Shown here: one piece after another, positions 62,425 to 64,000 of the stretch
Layout: each line of letters opens with the position of its first letter
Position numbering within the stretch: position 1 is the first letter of the stretch
Assembly (NCBI GenBank): GCA_964588305.1
Contig: CAZPOP010000017.1
Coordinates: 230-64,229 of the forward strand
DNA length: 64,000 bases
Direction of reading: 5' to 3'
Source: an uncultured Ignavibacteria bacterium
GTDB taxonomy: Bacteria > Zixibacteria > MSB-5A5 > SM1-73
Made by a program: the position numbers and the translations under genes
The notes under the pieces: model-generated
What the model saw: the letters and a program-made list of their open reading frames with translations, nothing else
Database searches by the model: none
What the model was told of the DNA's origin: nothing

Positions 62425-63645
62425 ATGGGACGCATAAGAGTCACAGTTCTCGCAATTGAGGACGACCCTGGAGACGTTCAACTTCTGCGCCGTTACCTTG
62501 AAGATATTCCAGAGTGGGAGGTCACGCTTCTTGCCTTCACAGAACCAGCCGAGGGCCTAGCTCAACTTGTCGATCATGCCCCAGACATTGTCCTTCTCGA
62601 CTATCTTTTAGGAGCTACAACAGGTCTTGAGGTGCTGAAAAGGATCCAGCGTTGCGGCTGTCCGTATCCGGTGGTGATTCTGACCGGGTGCGGCACCGAG
62701 GAACTTGCTGCCGAACTAATGCGATACGGGGCAGCGGATTATTTGACAAAGAACCGGTTGTCGGCCAACAGCCTCAAGCGTGTCATCTCCAATGCCATAG
62801 CAAAGTACAAATTGCAGGAAGCACTGGAGGAACATCGCCGACGACTGCAAGAGATGAACCAAGACCTTTTACGCAAAAATGAGGAAATCCGGAATTTCTA
62901 CCACATGGTTTCCCATGAGTTCAGCTCACCTTTGACATCGGCACGGGAGTACGTAACCATGGTACTGAACGAAACGGCCGGTCCGCTGAACGATGAACAG
63001 CGCAAGTTCTTGGAAATCGCCAGGGAAAGTTGCGATCAGATGTGTGTGTACGTCGGAGACCTCCTTGACGTGACCAGGCTGCAGACCGAGAAATTCGCAG
63101 TCTTCCCCTCACGCGTTTCTATTGACAGATTGGTGCATCAGGTTGTGGCTTCAGTCTTTCCTGCCGCCCAGGAGAAAGGCGTTCATCTGAAGCATATCAT
63201 AGAGCCAGGCCTCCCGGAGGTGAACATCGACGAAGCGAGGATTAGTCAGGTTATCTCGAACCTATTGAGAAATGCCCTCAAGTTTACGCCGGAAGGCGGT
63301 CAGATAATGGTTCAATTGGCCGATAACCCGGCTGCTTCAGAATTCCTGATTGTCTCTGTCACTGACACCGGACGGGGCATCGAGCGGGATAAGTTGCCTT
63401 ACATATTTGATCGATTCTATCAGGCCACGAGCAAAGATTGGACGACCCATCGCGGCATGGGGCTTGGTTTGTATATTTGCCGGGAATTGGTCAGGCTGCA
63501 CGGAGGAGAGATCTGGGTTAGAAGTGAACCGGGCAAAGGCAGCACTTTCTCATTCACCATCCCCAAATGTACGCCAGAAGAAACCTCGGATACTGTAACG
63601 GTGTTGGAAAGGGAGGATGCGCTTCAAGAAGAGCCTCCTGAATGA
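62425..63645 (+). CDS. Response-regulator/histidine-kinase hybrid (REC-HisKA-HATPase)
   Basis: REC 'VLAIEDDPGDV...DIVLLDYLLGATTG'. H-box 'FYHMVSHEFSSPLTS'. 'GMGLGLYICRELVRLHGGEIWVRSEPGKGSTFSF'. Confidence 0.85.
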   Translation: MGRIRVTVLAIEDDPGDVQLLRRYLEDIPEWEVTLLAFTEPAEGLAQLVDHAPDIVLLDYLLGATTGLEVLKRIQRCGCPYPVVILTGCGTEELAAELMRYGAADYLTKNRLSANSLKRVISNAIAKYKLQEALEEHRRRLQEMNQDLLRKNEEIRNFYHMVSHEFSSPLTSAREYVTMVLNETAGPLNDEQRKFLEIARESCDQMCVYVGDLLDVTRLQTEKFAVFPSRVSIDRLVHQVVASVFPAAQEKGVHLKHIIEPGLPEVNIDEARISQVISNLLRNALKFTPEGGQIMVQLADNPAASEFLIVSVTDTGRGIERDKLPYIFDRFYQATSKDWTTHRGMGLGLYICRELVRLHGGEIWVRSEPGKGSTFSFTIPKCTPEETSDTVTVLEREDALQEEPPE

Positions 63646-63742
63646 GGACCGTAGGATGATGAGAGAACGCCACCCTTGCTCCCCTAGCACAAGTGTGGAG
63701 GAGATATCTGTAGGGTTCGAGTAAATCTCCCGTTCCAGTAAG

Positions 63743-64000
63743 TTCATTTGAATGCCTGAAAATCCTCGGCGTAGTCGGCTCTAAGCTCTTTGAGAGCTCT
63801 TTCGAGGCTTTTGGGAATAAGCCTTGCCCAGGGCCAATAGTTCTGAATTGCCACCACCATCTTGTCGCGGTTTTTCCTAACCAGTCGCCTGATCCCGTCT
63901 GCCATCATTCCTCGCCTGAGTGCACCCCAGTAGAAATAGTTGGCTCCACGTTCAAATGTCTCCTCGATAGACTTGGCAGGAGCCCCATAGGCAGCACTGA
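63743..64000 (-). CDS. 3' end of a gene running off the window (unknown product)
   Basis: Minus-strand frame translates without stops to '...ETFERGANYFYWGALRRGMMADGIRRLVRKNRDKMVVAIQNYWPWARLIPKSLERALKELRADYAEDFQAFK*'. Not in the ORF track because the start lies outside the window. Confidence 0.35.

Overview
This 64-kb window looks like a contig from an uncultivated Gram-negative bacterium. Four proteins end in a Bacteroidota/FCB-type T9SS C-terminal sorting domain, and several secreted proteins carry type-I dockerin modules. No rRNA, tRNA or CRISPR array was found.

The first ~31 kb is mostly minus-strand and contains, in order:
- a dockerin-tagged gingipain-like (C25) peptidase;
- a tiny Mop/TOBE molybdate-binding ORF;
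- a large secreted hypothetical protein;
- a type II restriction-modification pair, which looks AT-richer than its surroundings by eye;
- an SBBP beta-propeller/dockerin protein;
- a murein-recycling cluster (amidase, L-Ala-D/L-Glu epimerase, alanine racemase) interrupted by a repeat-flanked DUF559 endonuclease insertion;
- the housekeeping genes rarA, murJ and rpsT;
- a geranylgeranyl reductase and ferredoxin pair;
- three tandem paralogous T9SS cargo proteins with a papain-fold Cys/His domain, one with a duplicated domain and a dockerin inserted inside it;
- a ParB-like nuclease-domain protein.

The second half is plus-strand and contains:
- an ABC ATPase followed by an ABC-2 permease fused to an M1 aminopeptidase;
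- a convergent MATE exporter;
- three TonB-dependent receptors interleaved with a COG2984 substrate-binding protein, a YfiR-like protein and a dense phosphorelay network, one of whose hybrid kinases is frameshifted.

The contig is also rich in small structured repeats. The main one is a palindromic family with four copies in intergenic regions (GGAGTGT...GGTCAAGCTGAAGCTTGACACTCCAG).
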